Positions 1-9,418 of a DNA stretch of 64,000 bases are shown piece after piece. Origin of the DNA: Promethearchaeota archaeon. Its GTDB lineage: Archaea > Asgardarchaeota > Lokiarchaeia > Sigyniarchaeales > SOKP01. Every line of letters starts with the position of its first letter. The first letter of the stretch is position 1. Under the pieces are notes generated by a model. The model was not told where the DNA came from, did not search any database, and worked only from the letters and a program-made list of their open reading frames with translations. The DNA is taken from assembly GCA_019057865.1 (NCBI GenBank), contig JAHLWP010000011.1, positions 32,674 to 96,673 on the forward strand. Reading direction: 5' to 3'. Made by a program: the position numbers and the translations under genes.

Positions 1-2
1 CC

Positions 3-1037
3 CCATATCCACATCCAATCTTTCTTTCTTACGAAACTCCCCTTAGGATCAAATCTATTTTGACTCACTTTGAAAATAGAAAAATTTTCGAAAATGAAAA
101 TGTAATTAAATTAAAACCTAAACTAATAGATGAATCGATAATTAACTTAGCTCATACAAAATATCATATTGATTCTATTAAAAATCTCTCAAATTTAGGT
201 AGTGGCTTTCTTGGCGAAGAAATCTACATCACAGAAGACACCTTTTTACTAGCAAAAAAAGCAATTGGAGGTACTATACAAGCAATTGAGAGTGTAATAA
301 ATCAAGATGTAAATCAATCGTTTGCTCTTATAAGACCACCAGGACACCATGCTTTGAGAGAAAAGGCTTCTGGATTTTGTATATTTAATAATATAGCAAA
401 TTCAGTCATATTTTTACGGGAAAAACTCAATTATAATAAAAAAGTAGCAATTATTGATATTGATAGTCATTTTGGTGATGGATTAGTACAATATTTTTAT
501 GATGATCCAAATGTTCTTTATTTTTCTATTCATGAATTTGATTTTGTAGAGGGAGAAATTGGTTTTATAAATGAATTAGGTGAGGGTGATGGTCTAGGCA
601 AAAGTATTAACTTTCCAATACCAATGCACTGTACAGATGATACATTTTTAGAATTTATGGACATACTTGAACCTATATTAAATGAATTTTGCCCTGATCT
701 AATAATTATTGCTGCTGGATTTGATATGCATTTCTCAGATCCAATAGGAAACTGTAGTTTAACATCTAATTCTTATTTCAAATTCACTAAGAGAATTTTA
801 AAAATATCAAATGATATATGCATGGGCAAATTAGTATTTGTTTTAGAAGGTGGCTATAATTTAATAGCATTACCATTCTGTGTCCATGCTGTCATAAATG
901 CACTTTTAAATGAAGAATATGAACCACCCACTTTTGAGAATATTGAATTCTTAGAAAAGAGTAAAATTGAAGATATAACTAAAATAAAAAATTCTTTAAA
1001 AAACTTATTAGCTAATTACTGGACTTCGATAAAGTAA
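3..1037 (+). CDS. Histone deacetylase family (class II/AcuC-like) protein, 5'-truncated by the window edge
   Basis: Motifs RPPGHHA, GFC, DIDSHFGDG, AGFDMHxxDP, LEGGY. The frame is open back to position 3 (PYPHPIFLSYETPLRIKSIL), so the true start lies upstream of the window. Confidence 0.92.
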   Translation, partial: PYPHPIFLSYETPLRIKSILTHFENRKIFENENVIKLKPKLIDESIINLAHTKYHIDSIKNLSNLGSGFLGEEIYITEDTFLLAKKAIGGTIQAIESVINQDVNQSFALIRPPGHHALREKASGFCIFNNIANSVIFLREKLNYNKKVAIIDIDSHFGDGLVQYFYDDPNVLYFSIHEFDFVEGEIGFINELGEGDGLGKSINFPIPMHCTDDTFLEFMDILEPILNEFCPDLIIIAAGFDMHFSDPIGNCSLTSNSYFKFTKRILKISNDICMGKLVFVLEGGYNLIALPFCVHAVINALLNEEYEPPTFENIEFLEKSKIEDITKIKNSLKNLLANYWTSIK

Positions 1038-1055
1038 GAAAAAATTAAGAAATTA
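980..1055 (+). repeat. Direct repeat copy 1 (3' end of HDAC gene plus downstream bases)
   Basis: 76 nt matching 5379-5454 with 4 mismatches. Confidence 0.95.
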
Positions 1056-1154
1056 TCGTCCTCAATATTTCGTATTAACTTATAGGAATAATTAATAATC
1101 AGTTAATTCATTTTTTGTTTTTTACATTTCTGTAAGTTAAGATATCGAAATCTC

Positions 1155-4100
1155 CTATCTTGTACTTTGAATAAACAATCTTTCTCTATTTTGCTCTTTT
1201 TCCCATTTTTTGCGCTCTGAACGTAATTTGAAGAGGTCAATATCTTTATATATCAAGCCTTCTTCTTTTGCTGGAATGTTTCTTTCAGTACGATCTTTCT
1301 CGGGGGTATAGATTAGCGAATCACCAAATTCAGCGACATTGGCGAAGAAGCAGTAAGCATATATAGATCTACGTGCATCAAAATGAGCTGCTTTAAAGTC
1401 AGCGGTAACAGGAGTAAATGCTGGATTTAAAATAATGTCTACAGCAGGTTCGAAATTCTTTAATTCTACTCTTAAATCCATATCTAAAAAGTCTCGACAT
1501 ATAGCGATAGCAATTCTTCCGTATTCAGTATTACAGACTAGTATTTTTCGAGGTCTTGAGGTGGTTTCTATAGCTTCTTTAAATTTTTTATCTTTAAAGT
1601 GAATTATAGCTGGAATATGTTTTTCTTGTTTCCATAGAATTCTTTCAGGAGAGATAACCATACTTATATTTTGTTTTGTTTCTTGGTCGTGATAGGAACC
1701 TGGAATGATATACATATTATATTTCTTGGCGAGATTTGATATCTCTTCCAAAAATTCTATATAGTTTAAATCTATAGTCATTTCTGGAAAAATTAGAACA
1801 TTAATTTTATGTTTACCAGCATTATCAACCATTTTTTTAACATTACTTATCACAGTTTTTATTTTATCTTTTTTAAATCCCAACAGACCAGAAGATTTCT
1901 CTTCAAAAAATTCTGTTATAATTTCACCAGTTTTTGATAAACCAATTTGAGCAATACCTATTCTAAATTGACTTTTTTGGATTTTAAAGTCCTGATTAAG
2001 AAAATCTGTATATATTATTTCATATTTTTTCCTTTCAGTTTTCTCTTCTACAAATCTTCTTAATATATTATCTGTGATTTGACGTACTTCACTTAATCTA
2101 GGAGGTTGACTGATTTCTATAGGACAAGCCGGAGCAATTATACCAGTTGTGCTTCCAGAAATCTCAGGTTTTTTAATTGAATTTAAAGCAGAAAACAAAA
2201 TCTTTTCTTCCTTTTCAATCAATCCAATACGATTCAATACTTCATTTTGTTTATCTTCGTAACCTGCTTTACCGAAAAGATCTGCTGTTGATTTTAGAAT
2301 TTGCTCTCCTAATTTAAGAAGTCTTTCTTTCTCTTTTAATTCCATCTCTTCATCTGCTTTAATTATATGCCATACACCATCAAAATAAGTAGAAGTAGCT
2401 ATAGCCCAATTTGCACCATTTTTAAAACCTCCCTTCTCATAAGAAGTTGCAGCTCCTCTTAACATTGCTTTAATGTTTGGATACAATTTTACTTTAGTTT
2501 CTGAGTCATAAGACTCATCAAATTTACATCCTAGTTTTAAAGCATTACAGAAAGCAGAATTCCCAGACGCTAGCAATTTCATTTTATTATCAGGAAAAGT
2601 TTGGCTTGCTTTTGAGAATAGATCTGCTGCTTCTGCATATCTTTCTGGTTCTAAATAATTTTCAGCGAATTCCATATTCTCCCAGGCTTTACAGAGATAA
2701 TAAACTGCTTTAAGTTCCTCTCGTTCTCGTTTAATTATAAATAGAGTGCAAATATCTCTAATTTGAGAAGCTGCTGAGGAAAATTTTTCTGCAGCATCAA
2801 TATGTTCTCCTTTTTTTCCTAAGATCTTTGCTTTTTCAAGGTTTATTCTGGCTGAGCAATAATTCATCCTTATTTTGGCTATATTCTCGAGTTTCTTGAT
2901 TCTTTCTTTTTCAATTTTATCTTTAGATTGTATAAAGGATTTTTCTAGCGTCTTTATAGCGTTATAAAAGATTTTTTTGGTTTTTTCGAAACTCTCAATG
3001 GCTTCATTATATTTTTCTTGTTTACTGAGGTGCTCTGCTTCCTCTTGTGATATCCATGCAGAAAAGTAGAGTGCTTCGTAATTGTACCTTGGTATTCTTT
3101 TTAGAATTTCACACGCTTTTTCGTAACATTCTTTAGCTTTTAAGTGACTTTCTCTTTTATTGTATGATTTTGCCTTTTCGATTAGATTCCAAGCATGGGC
3201 ATATTCAATTTTTTCATTGACCCTTTTTTTCAAGAGTTTGTATTCAATGGTTTCAAGTGACTTTCCGTAAGCTTTTTGAGCTCTTTTATAGTGTTCCGCA
3301 GAAGCCGTGTGATTGCCCAGTCGATCTTCTATGCGTGCTATATATTCATGAGCAGCAGCAGCACAAAAATCATATCCCCTTTCTATACTTTGATTTATAA
3401 CTTCCTGTAAGGTTGTTTTTGCTTCTGAAAGAAAAGAAATATCTTTGGTTAAAATGCTAAATTCTTCGTAAAATAAACCTAACCTTAATTGCGTTGTAAG
3501 AATTCCAGTCCTAGATTCAACATTACTTTGCATATATTTTTTAATAGAATCTATCGCAGAAGAAAGCATATTTACTTTTTTATCAATGGGTTCTACAATC
3601 TCTGCGAGTGTTTTATATGCTTTATATAAAGATGCAGAACCAGCATTCTTGACCCAACCTCCTTCATATTTTTCTGCAATAGTTTCTGCTTTCTTTGCAT
3701 ATTCAAGTGCAGTCTGGGCATGTTTTTCTTTTTCTGTTTTATTTTTACTCAAAAGTGCTAGTCCGCAGTACGACAAAGTTAGCATTTGGCACAACCAAGC
3801 TGAAAATGGTTCAAAAACAATTGTTTTTATAGCATTAGAAGCAATATTAATCCCTCTTTCAGCATATGACTTCCTATCTGATAATTTAAAAAATTTACTT
3901 TGTGCAAAATTACCATAAATCATAGCTGGTAAGAAACTAGTATAAAATTGCCAATTTGTGAAAGAATTTGAAAACTTTTTACCATGTTCTAAAAATTCTT
4001 CTAAGTCATTAAAAATTCTCTTTTGAATATAATCAATTTTACCTCCAAGAAAGGTATGCCAATCCAAACAAAAAATACTTTCAATTATTTCAGAGAAAAA

Positions 4101-4988
4101 AAAAGATTGCCGTCCAAGTTCTATACTTTTTTCAACCAAATCTATTTCTTTTTCTATAAATTCATTTTGATCAGTTTCATCTTCCAAGAAAAAAAGACCA
4201 TACATACCATAACAAAAGCCAACAATGAAATAAAGTTGACTAAGAATTCTTTTGTCTTCGCATTCTTTACAGTATTCAAGACTCTTTTCACACCTTTTAG
4301 TTTCTTCTTTCACATATTTTTCCCAAAATGGATCCATACGATAATTTTTAATACAGGATATCATGAATACGATTCTTCCTTCAGCAATTAAAGATTCTGT
4401 AATTATCTTACAATTCTTTAAATCAAAAGAAATTTCCCATGCTTTCTTAGCAAAATTTAATCCTTTTTGACTTATTTCATCAATTTCTTTAGGATCTCTG
4501 TGAAGATATAATATAAAGGAAATTGTCATAGCAGCACGACTTAATGCTAAAGCAATTTTTTCTCTATTATTTTCTTTTGAATAATCCTTATACGCATCAA
4601 GAAACAAATCACATGCTTTGCTTAATATTTTTTTTCCGGAGCGTTCTGAGTCCGCCAATAAGCCTTTAATAAATAAAGATTCCGCGTTACATTCTATTGA
4701 TTCAACAGTATTTTTAAGTTTTAAAAACATTTTATTGGCTTTTTGAAATGCATCAATTGCATTGTTTTGCATTTCGATGTATTTTTCACGGCTGTCAGTC
4801 TTTTCTGAAGCCTTATCAAATAGATACCCAAGTTTCTTATATAAATTAGCAACTCCTTCAAAATTATTTTTTTCTAAATAATTTGTAATTAGTTGTTGGT
4901 AAAGTTTTATTGCCCTCAACCAATTATAGTTTTTTTCCTCAACCTTTACTCTTTCTAAGAGAGATACTTCTGTTTCCTCTATCATCAT
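1155..4988 (-). CDS. Large TPR/alpha-solenoid protein with C-terminal carbon-nitrogen hydrolase (nitrilase superfamily) domain
   Basis: About 950 aa of Ala/Tyr/Glu/Lys-rich helical repeats. The C-terminal domain has IGIAQ, IFPEM (Glu), QEKH (Lys) and IAICRD (Cys), matching the E-K-C triad. Confidence 0.85.
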   Translation of the reverse strand: MMIEETEVSLLERVKVEEKNYNWLRAIKLYQQLITNYLEKNNFEGVANLYKKLGYLFDKASEKTDSREKYIEMQNNAIDAFQKANKMFLKLKNTVESIECNAESLFIKGLLADSERSGKKILSKACDLFLDAYKDYSKENNREKIALALSRAAMTISFILYLHRDPKEIDEISQKGLNFAKKAWEISFDLKNCKIITESLIAEGRIVFMISCIKNYRMDPFWEKYVKEETKRCEKSLEYCKECEDKRILSQLYFIVGFCYGMYGLFFLEDETDQNEFIEKEIDLVEKSIELGRQSFFFSEIIESIFCLDWHTFLGGKIDYIQKRIFNDLEEFLEHGKKFSNSFTNWQFYTSFLPAMIYGNFAQSKFFKLSDRKSYAERGINIASNAIKTIVFEPFSAWLCQMLTLSYCGLALLSKNKTEKEKHAQTALEYAKKAETIAEKYEGGWVKNAGSASLYKAYKTLAEIVEPIDKKVNMLSSAIDSIKKYMQSNVESRTGILTTQLRLGLFYEEFSILTKDISFLSEAKTTLQEVINQSIERGYDFCAAAAHEYIARIEDRLGNHTASAEHYKRAQKAYGKSLETIEYKLLKKRVNEKIEYAHAWNLIEKAKSYNKRESHLKAKECYEKACEILKRIPRYNYEALYFSAWISQEEAEHLSKQEKYNEAIESFEKTKKIFYNAIKTLEKSFIQSKDKIEKERIKKLENIAKIRMNYCSARINLEKAKILGKKGEHIDAAEKFSSAASQIRDICTLFIIKREREELKAVYYLCKAWENMEFAENYLEPERYAEAADLFSKASQTFPDNKMKLLASGNSAFCNALKLGCKFDESYDSETKVKLYPNIKAMLRGAATSYEKGGFKNGANWAIATSTYFDGVWHIIKADEEMELKEKERLLKLGEQILKSTADLFGKAGYEDKQNEVLNRIGLIEKEEKILFSALNSIKKPEISGSTTGIIAPACPIEISQPPRLSEVRQITDNILRRFVEEKTERKKYEIIYTDFLNQDFKIQKSQFRIGIAQIGLSKTGEIITEFFEEKSSGLLGFKKDKIKTVISNVKKMVDNAGKHKINVLIFPEMTIDLNYIEFLEEISNLAKKYNMYIIPGSYHDQETKQNISMVISPERILWKQEKHIPAIIHFKDKKFKEAIETTSRPRKILVCNTEYGRIAIAICRDFLDMDLRVELKNFEPAVDIILNPAFTPVTADFKAAHFDARRSIYAYCFFANVAEFGDSLIYTPEKDRTERNIPAKEEGLIYKDIDLFKLRSERKKWEKEQNRERLFIQSTR

Positions 4989-5328
4989 TCGAATATATTG
5001 AGTATGTTATATTTCTACCCTTAGGTTTTCTAAATATATTTTAGATAATGATTAATAAACAGTTATTTCTGTTTTTATTTTTTTTGGTAGAAGATCTAGT
5101 GAAAATCAATTTACTAAAAAAAAAGATAGAATTACCTTTTAATAATAAAATTATCAAAAAGATTATAAATCATTTAAGAGAAAAATATTGTTTTTGGAAC
5201 TTTTTTAAATTAATCATTTAACAACAAAATCTTAAGAATGATTTTTGCGAAAAAAATTAAGAAAGTCATAGAATTTCTAAATTTAACCTTCGAGTTTTAA
5301 TGCAGTCTGTTGGACTGCAAAATAACTA

Positions 5329-5436
5329 TCCTTTGAATATTTAGATTTTTCAAATAATTCTAAGGAATTAGAAATAAATAAAATAAAAAATTCTTTAAAA
5401 AACTTATTAGCTAATTACTGGATTTCAATACAATAA
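5329..5436 (+). pseudogene. Orphan 3' fragment of the HDAC gene (35 codons plus stop), overlapping direct repeat copy 2 (5379-5454)
   Basis: Translates SFEYLDFSNNSKELEINKIKNSLKNLLANYWISIQ*, which aligns ungapped to the HDAC C-terminus TFENIEFLEKSKIEDITKIKNSLKNLLANYWTSIK*. Confidence 0.88.
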
Positions 5437-5451
5437 GAAAAAATTAAGAAA

Positions 5452-5853
5452 TTAAACAAGACTAGTTAATTTTTGGGCGTACTCTTGAACAACAAATAAC
5501 GTATCCCTAGGTCCCACTTTTGGATTTATATAGCAAATTAATGCTCCTGTTCCCCCGATAGGAATGGGACAAATAATAATATGCCCTTTTCCTGTTATAT
5601 TCGTTCCTATTTTTCTTTCTTCTGTGTTTTCTACGATCATATATTTTATAGCCTGAATAGTAATATTTGTCATTCCTTTTTGACCAAGCTCTAGTTTAGT
5701 ATTAAGCAACTCGTTAATCTGATCTAGATCGTTAGAAACATCCCAGTTTTCAGTTTGAGTGAGTAGAATACCATCTTTATTTAAAATCGCAATCCCAAAA
5801 ATATTTTGCTCTTCATTTAATAACTCATCAATAATTACTTCTATTTCAGACAT
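5452..5853 (-). CDS. Asgard (Loki-type) profilin
   Basis: TQTENW, IKYMIVENTEERKIGTNITGKGH, CPIPIGG and GPRD closely match my recollection of characterised Loki profilin. The ATG at 5853 is the likely start. Confidence 0.92.
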   Translation of the reverse strand: MSEIEVIIDELLNEEQNIFGIAILNKDGILLTQTENWDVSNDLDQINELLNTKLELGQKGMTNITIQAIKYMIVENTEERKIGTNITGKGHIIICPIPIGGTGALICYINPKVGPRDTLFVVQEYAQKLTSLV

Positions 5854-5957
5854 TATAATTACCAAAATATTATATTAGCAAATTATTATTTAATAAATAA
5901 ATTATAAATTTAAATATACGTTTAAAAATAATTTTAAATTAATGACGGTGAAATTGA

Positions 5958-6500
5958 TTGGCATTCAGAATGTGGAAAAAGGCAATACTTCTTTCATTGC
6001 GTGAAAAAAGGATATTCACAGTTTTTGTATTGATATATACTATTTTAATATTTTTATCAAGTTTATTCATAGAATTGGGAATTGGGGGTCAATTAGGAGA
6101 ATCTGCTATATACTATATCTTGATTTTTTTTAGTACTAGTTTAATTCTTTCTCTACTCTATGCTTGGATTTTGGTGTCTAGAAGAAGACGAGTTTGGGCT
6201 ACATTCAAATGTATTGGTTATACAAATAAAAATATAATTATATTGGTATCAGGAATTATATTATTTACTACATCAATGGGATTTTTTATTGTAATTGAAG
6301 TTCTATTTCATTATGCTGCTATTGTCGCTTATTTAAATTCAGCAGAAATCAATTTAGATATTACAATTTTAATAGGATTAGTCCCAGTTATTGTAACTAG
6401 TGTATTATTCATATTTGTTCAACTAATTGCCCTTATTGTTGTTTATAGAAAAGTGTTAAAAGTAAGACCAATAATTGCATTAAAAAGAGTAGGAGTGTAA
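5958..6500 (+). CDS. ABC transporter permease, minimal FtsX/MacB-like domain
   Basis: Four TM segments, RRRxWATFKCIG motif, C-terminal PIIALK, adjacent to a LolD-type ATPase. Confidence 0.75.
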   Translation: MAFRMWKKAILLSLREKRIFTVFVLIYTILIFLSSLFIELGIGGQLGESAIYYILIFFSTSLILSLLYAWILVSRRRRVWATFKCIGYTNKNIIILVSGIILFTTSMGFFIVIEVLFHYAAIVAYLNSAEINLDITILIGLVPVIVTSVLFIFVQLIALIVVYRKVLKVRPIIALKRVGV

Positions 6501-6513
6501 GGAGGAAAAAGAA

Positions 6514-7206
6514 ATGGCATTTGCAAAAGATATTATGATTGAGGCAATTGATATAAATAAGGAATATAGACGGGCAGGAGCCATTATTAGAGCATTAGTA
6601 GATATAAATTTAAAAGTAAAATCTGGGGAGTTTGTAATAGTGCAAGGACCAACCGGATGTGGAAAAAGTACTCTCCTTAATGTATTATCAGGTTTAGATT
6701 TACCAGATTCGGGTAGAGTTATTTTTGATGGTGAAAATATAGCACGAGCAACAGAAGATAGATTAAGTAGAATTCGGCGTCAAAAAATTGGTTTTGTATT
6801 CCAAGATTATAACCTTGTTAATTCATTAACAGCAATCGAAAATATAGAAGCATTATTATGGCCGACAGTCTTAAGTAATAAAGAAATAGAAAATAGATCA
6901 ATTGCAGCATTAAGAGATGTTAATCTTCTTGAACGTAAAGACCACCATCCTGTTCAACTAAGTGGTGGTGAAAAACAAAGGGTTGGATTAGCGAGGGCAA
7001 TTATTCATAGACCTAGGGTTATCTTAGCAGATGAACCAACTGGAAATTTAGATCCTGAATCAGAAACACATGTAATGGAGTTATTAAAGAAAATTAATAA
7101 GGACAGAGAAACAACAGTTATAGTAGTTACTCATCGTACGCACTTGAATAAATTTGCTGATAAAGTTATTAAAATGGATAAGGGAAGAATTATTAAAATT
7201 GAATAA
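6514..7206 (+). CDS. ABC transporter ATP-binding protein (LolD/MacB-like)
   Basis: GPTGCGKS, LSGGEKQRV, ILADEPTGNLD, VTH. GGAGG SD upstream. Confidence 0.95.
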   Translation: MAFAKDIMIEAIDINKEYRRAGAIIRALVDINLKVKSGEFVIVQGPTGCGKSTLLNVLSGLDLPDSGRVIFDGENIARATEDRLSRIRRQKIGFVFQDYNLVNSLTAIENIEALLWPTVLSNKEIENRSIAALRDVNLLERKDHHPVQLSGGEKQRVGLARAIIHRPRVILADEPTGNLDPESETHVMELLKKINKDRETTVIVVTHRTHLNKFADKVIKMDKGRIIKIE

Positions 7207-7451
7207 TATCTAATTCTATTTTATTATCATTTTTTTTGCTTGATTTTCTCATTCTATACATTTATCTATCAAATTTTTATACTCCTCTGAATATAGATAA
7301 AGATTTTTTTCTTAAATTATTGCAAGTATGGTATAAATTATATACTTAATAAGATAGATGGATTTTCAAAACAAAAATATAAATATATTAAGAGTTTTTG
7401 AAATACTATTAACTAAACTAAAATCAAAGTCTAAATTAAAAATTAGGTAGG

Positions 7452-8216
7452 GTGTTAAAAATCGGAAAAAAGCGTGTGATTCTGTCAGGTTGTGCTGGAA
7501 TGTGTTGTCTCTTACCAATGGCATATATAAGTTTTCGGTTTCTAAATTTAACAGGAGGAGTTACTGGCGGATTATTAGAGAATTTTGAGGATGCTTTGAG
7601 TTCAATAACAGATCTCATAGGTTTTGGTGGACCCTTTTTAGAAATTGTAGCGGGGGGTTTTATTGGAATGGCTATGATTTTTTTATTTCCTATTCATTGG
7701 TGTATATATTACCGCCCTGAAGATGTAGGGTTAATTATTGCGGTTACTGTTCCTTGGATTTTATGTTGTGCCATCACGAGTGGCTTATTTGCTCATTCTC
7801 CTCGAGGTGGTATTAACACTAGTCTTGCTATTGGTTTTGGATATATGATTCCACTATCGATTATTTATCTAGTATTAGCTGTTGCATTTCCATTAGGTTC
7901 AGCAGTTTTAGATGGGTTATTATTGGGATTGGCAGACTTACCATTTTTACTTGCTATACTTACGTCAATCTTTGAGGGCTGCTTGGTGGGGGCAGTTTTT
8001 GGAGCGTTTATTGGTAGCTTGAAATATAAACCCGGGAAAGCAAAACCAAAGATTAAAAAAGTTAAAGACAAAGAAGCCGAAATTTCTGAACCTACTTTTG
8101 AAAAATTAGGAAAAGCAGAAGAGGCAGAAAGTATTTCACCTTTTTGTACGAACTGCGGAGCTAAACTTACTCCATCTGATGATTTTTGCACTAATTGCGG
8201 GCAAAAAAGAAAGTAA
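7452..8216 (+). CDS. Polytopic membrane protein with C-terminal zinc ribbon
   Basis: 5-6 Gly-rich hydrophobic segments, then CTNCG...FCTNCG. Confidence 0.8.
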   Translation: MLKIGKKRVILSGCAGMCCLLPMAYISFRFLNLTGGVTGGLLENFEDALSSITDLIGFGGPFLEIVAGGFIGMAMIFLFPIHWCIYYRPEDVGLIIAVTVPWILCCAITSGLFAHSPRGGINTSLAIGFGYMIPLSIIYLVLAVAFPLGSAVLDGLLLGLADLPFLLAILTSIFEGCLVGAVFGAFIGSLKYKPGKAKPKIKKVKDKEAEISEPTFEKLGKAEEAESISPFCTNCGAKLTPSDDFCTNCGQKRK

Positions 8217-8451
8217 TTAATATCGGACATTTTTTTAATACTTTTTATTTAAATAAATGACCGTTTGAATAAAGATTTTGACTTGAATCAAACAAAGATA
8301 AAGTAAATATATAAAAAAAAAATCCAATGTATATGTCAGCACCTAAAGGGTTAAGGTTTAGCATGATTTTGTTTTTTCAATTTTACTCATTTATCTTAAT
8401 TCTTTAAAAAATAAAAAAAAATATTTATTTAATTTTGGATTCTTATAAATT

Positions 8452-8496
8452 TTATTCTTCCTCTTCTACTTCTTCTTCCTTTTCTTCTTTAGCCAT
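8452..8496 (-). CDS. Candidate 14-aa acidic micropeptide MAKEEKEEEVEEEE
   Basis: ATG...TAA with AAGGAG SD-like motif about 10 nt upstream. Co-oriented with the three upstream minus-strand genes. Confidence 0.4.
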   Translation of the reverse strand: MAKEEKEEEVEEEE

Positions 8497-8571
8497 TATT
8501 TTCAAACTCCTTTTTTAGCAGTTTTATTATTTATCGGTTCTCTCGAAGTGGGGCATACTTACAATAAAAAA

Positions 8572-8775
8572 TTAAAAAATTTTATTTTCTTTTTTTCTAT
8601 TCTTGATAGTAAATGTCACCATCCAACCAATAGAAAATACTAATCCAAATAATATTGAGAATTTAAGACCCTCTAGTAGGTCTCTTTCTAATATTAAATC
8701 GTAAATCAACCCCAGAATGATCGCAATTGGAAAAGCTCCTAATCCAACCAAAGAAACTTTTTTATTATGTTTCAT
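8572..8775 (-). CDS. Small two-TM membrane protein
   Basis: Two hydrophobic helices, basic C-terminus, purine-rich SD-like upstream sequence. Confidence 0.7.
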   Translation of the reverse strand: MKHNKKVSLVGLGAFPIAIILGLIYDLILERDLLEGLKFSILFGLVFSIGWMVTFTIKNRKKENKIF

Positions 8776-8929
8776 TTCCTAACCTTCTTTATTTTATGTT
8801 TTATGGTAGAAATTTTTGATTTTACTTTAATTTTTTTGAGTTAGAACAATTCTTTATGGAAATTAACAGAGATTAATAGTAAATTCTATTTTTATTCATA
8901 TAATCAATTCTTTAGTATGTATTATTAGC

Positions 8930-9418
8930 CTACATGAAAGGTCTGAAGTCTCTCTTCTTGCCCAATCTGTACATTATATACGCTGCGAGGCTATATGAGG
9001 GCATAATAGTTAAGATAAATATTATGTCCTTCAATGTTCCTTGACTCTCATAAAAAGGAGCCCATGGGGCCACAATAAAAAAATAACTAATGAACATCCA
9101 AATTGGCCATCCTAAAGACAGCCCTCCACCTACAATCCATATTCCCTTATAGATATTTCTCTGATATTTTGATTTTCTGATATAGTAGAGAATGAATAAT
9201 ATTATTGGTGTTATAAAAGTAACCCCCATTGCAACCCATAAATTCATGCTTCCAAGAAAATATTCTAACCAGCTTATCATCGTTGCCCCGATATATGATC
9301 CAATGCTAACCCATAACCAATGTTTTTTAAACGCACTCCAAAAATTTTTGATTTTATCCTTTATTTTCAGAATAACCCTCTCTTTAACAAATTTAAGGAC
9401 ACCATTTAAAATATTCAC
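8930..9418 (-). CDS. Four-TM membrane protein (candidate immunity protein)
   Basis: Trp/Tyr-rich TM segments. Overlaps the stop of the upstream gene; exact start uncertain. Confidence 0.75.
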   Translation of the reverse strand: MNILNGVLKFVKERVILKIKDKIKNFWSAFKKHWLWVSIGSYIGATMISWLEYFLGSMNLWVAMGVTFITPIILFILYYIRKSKYQRNIYKGIWIVGGGLSLGWPIWMFISYFFIVAPWAPFYESQGTLKDIIFILTIMPSYSLAAYIMYRLGKKRDFRPFM

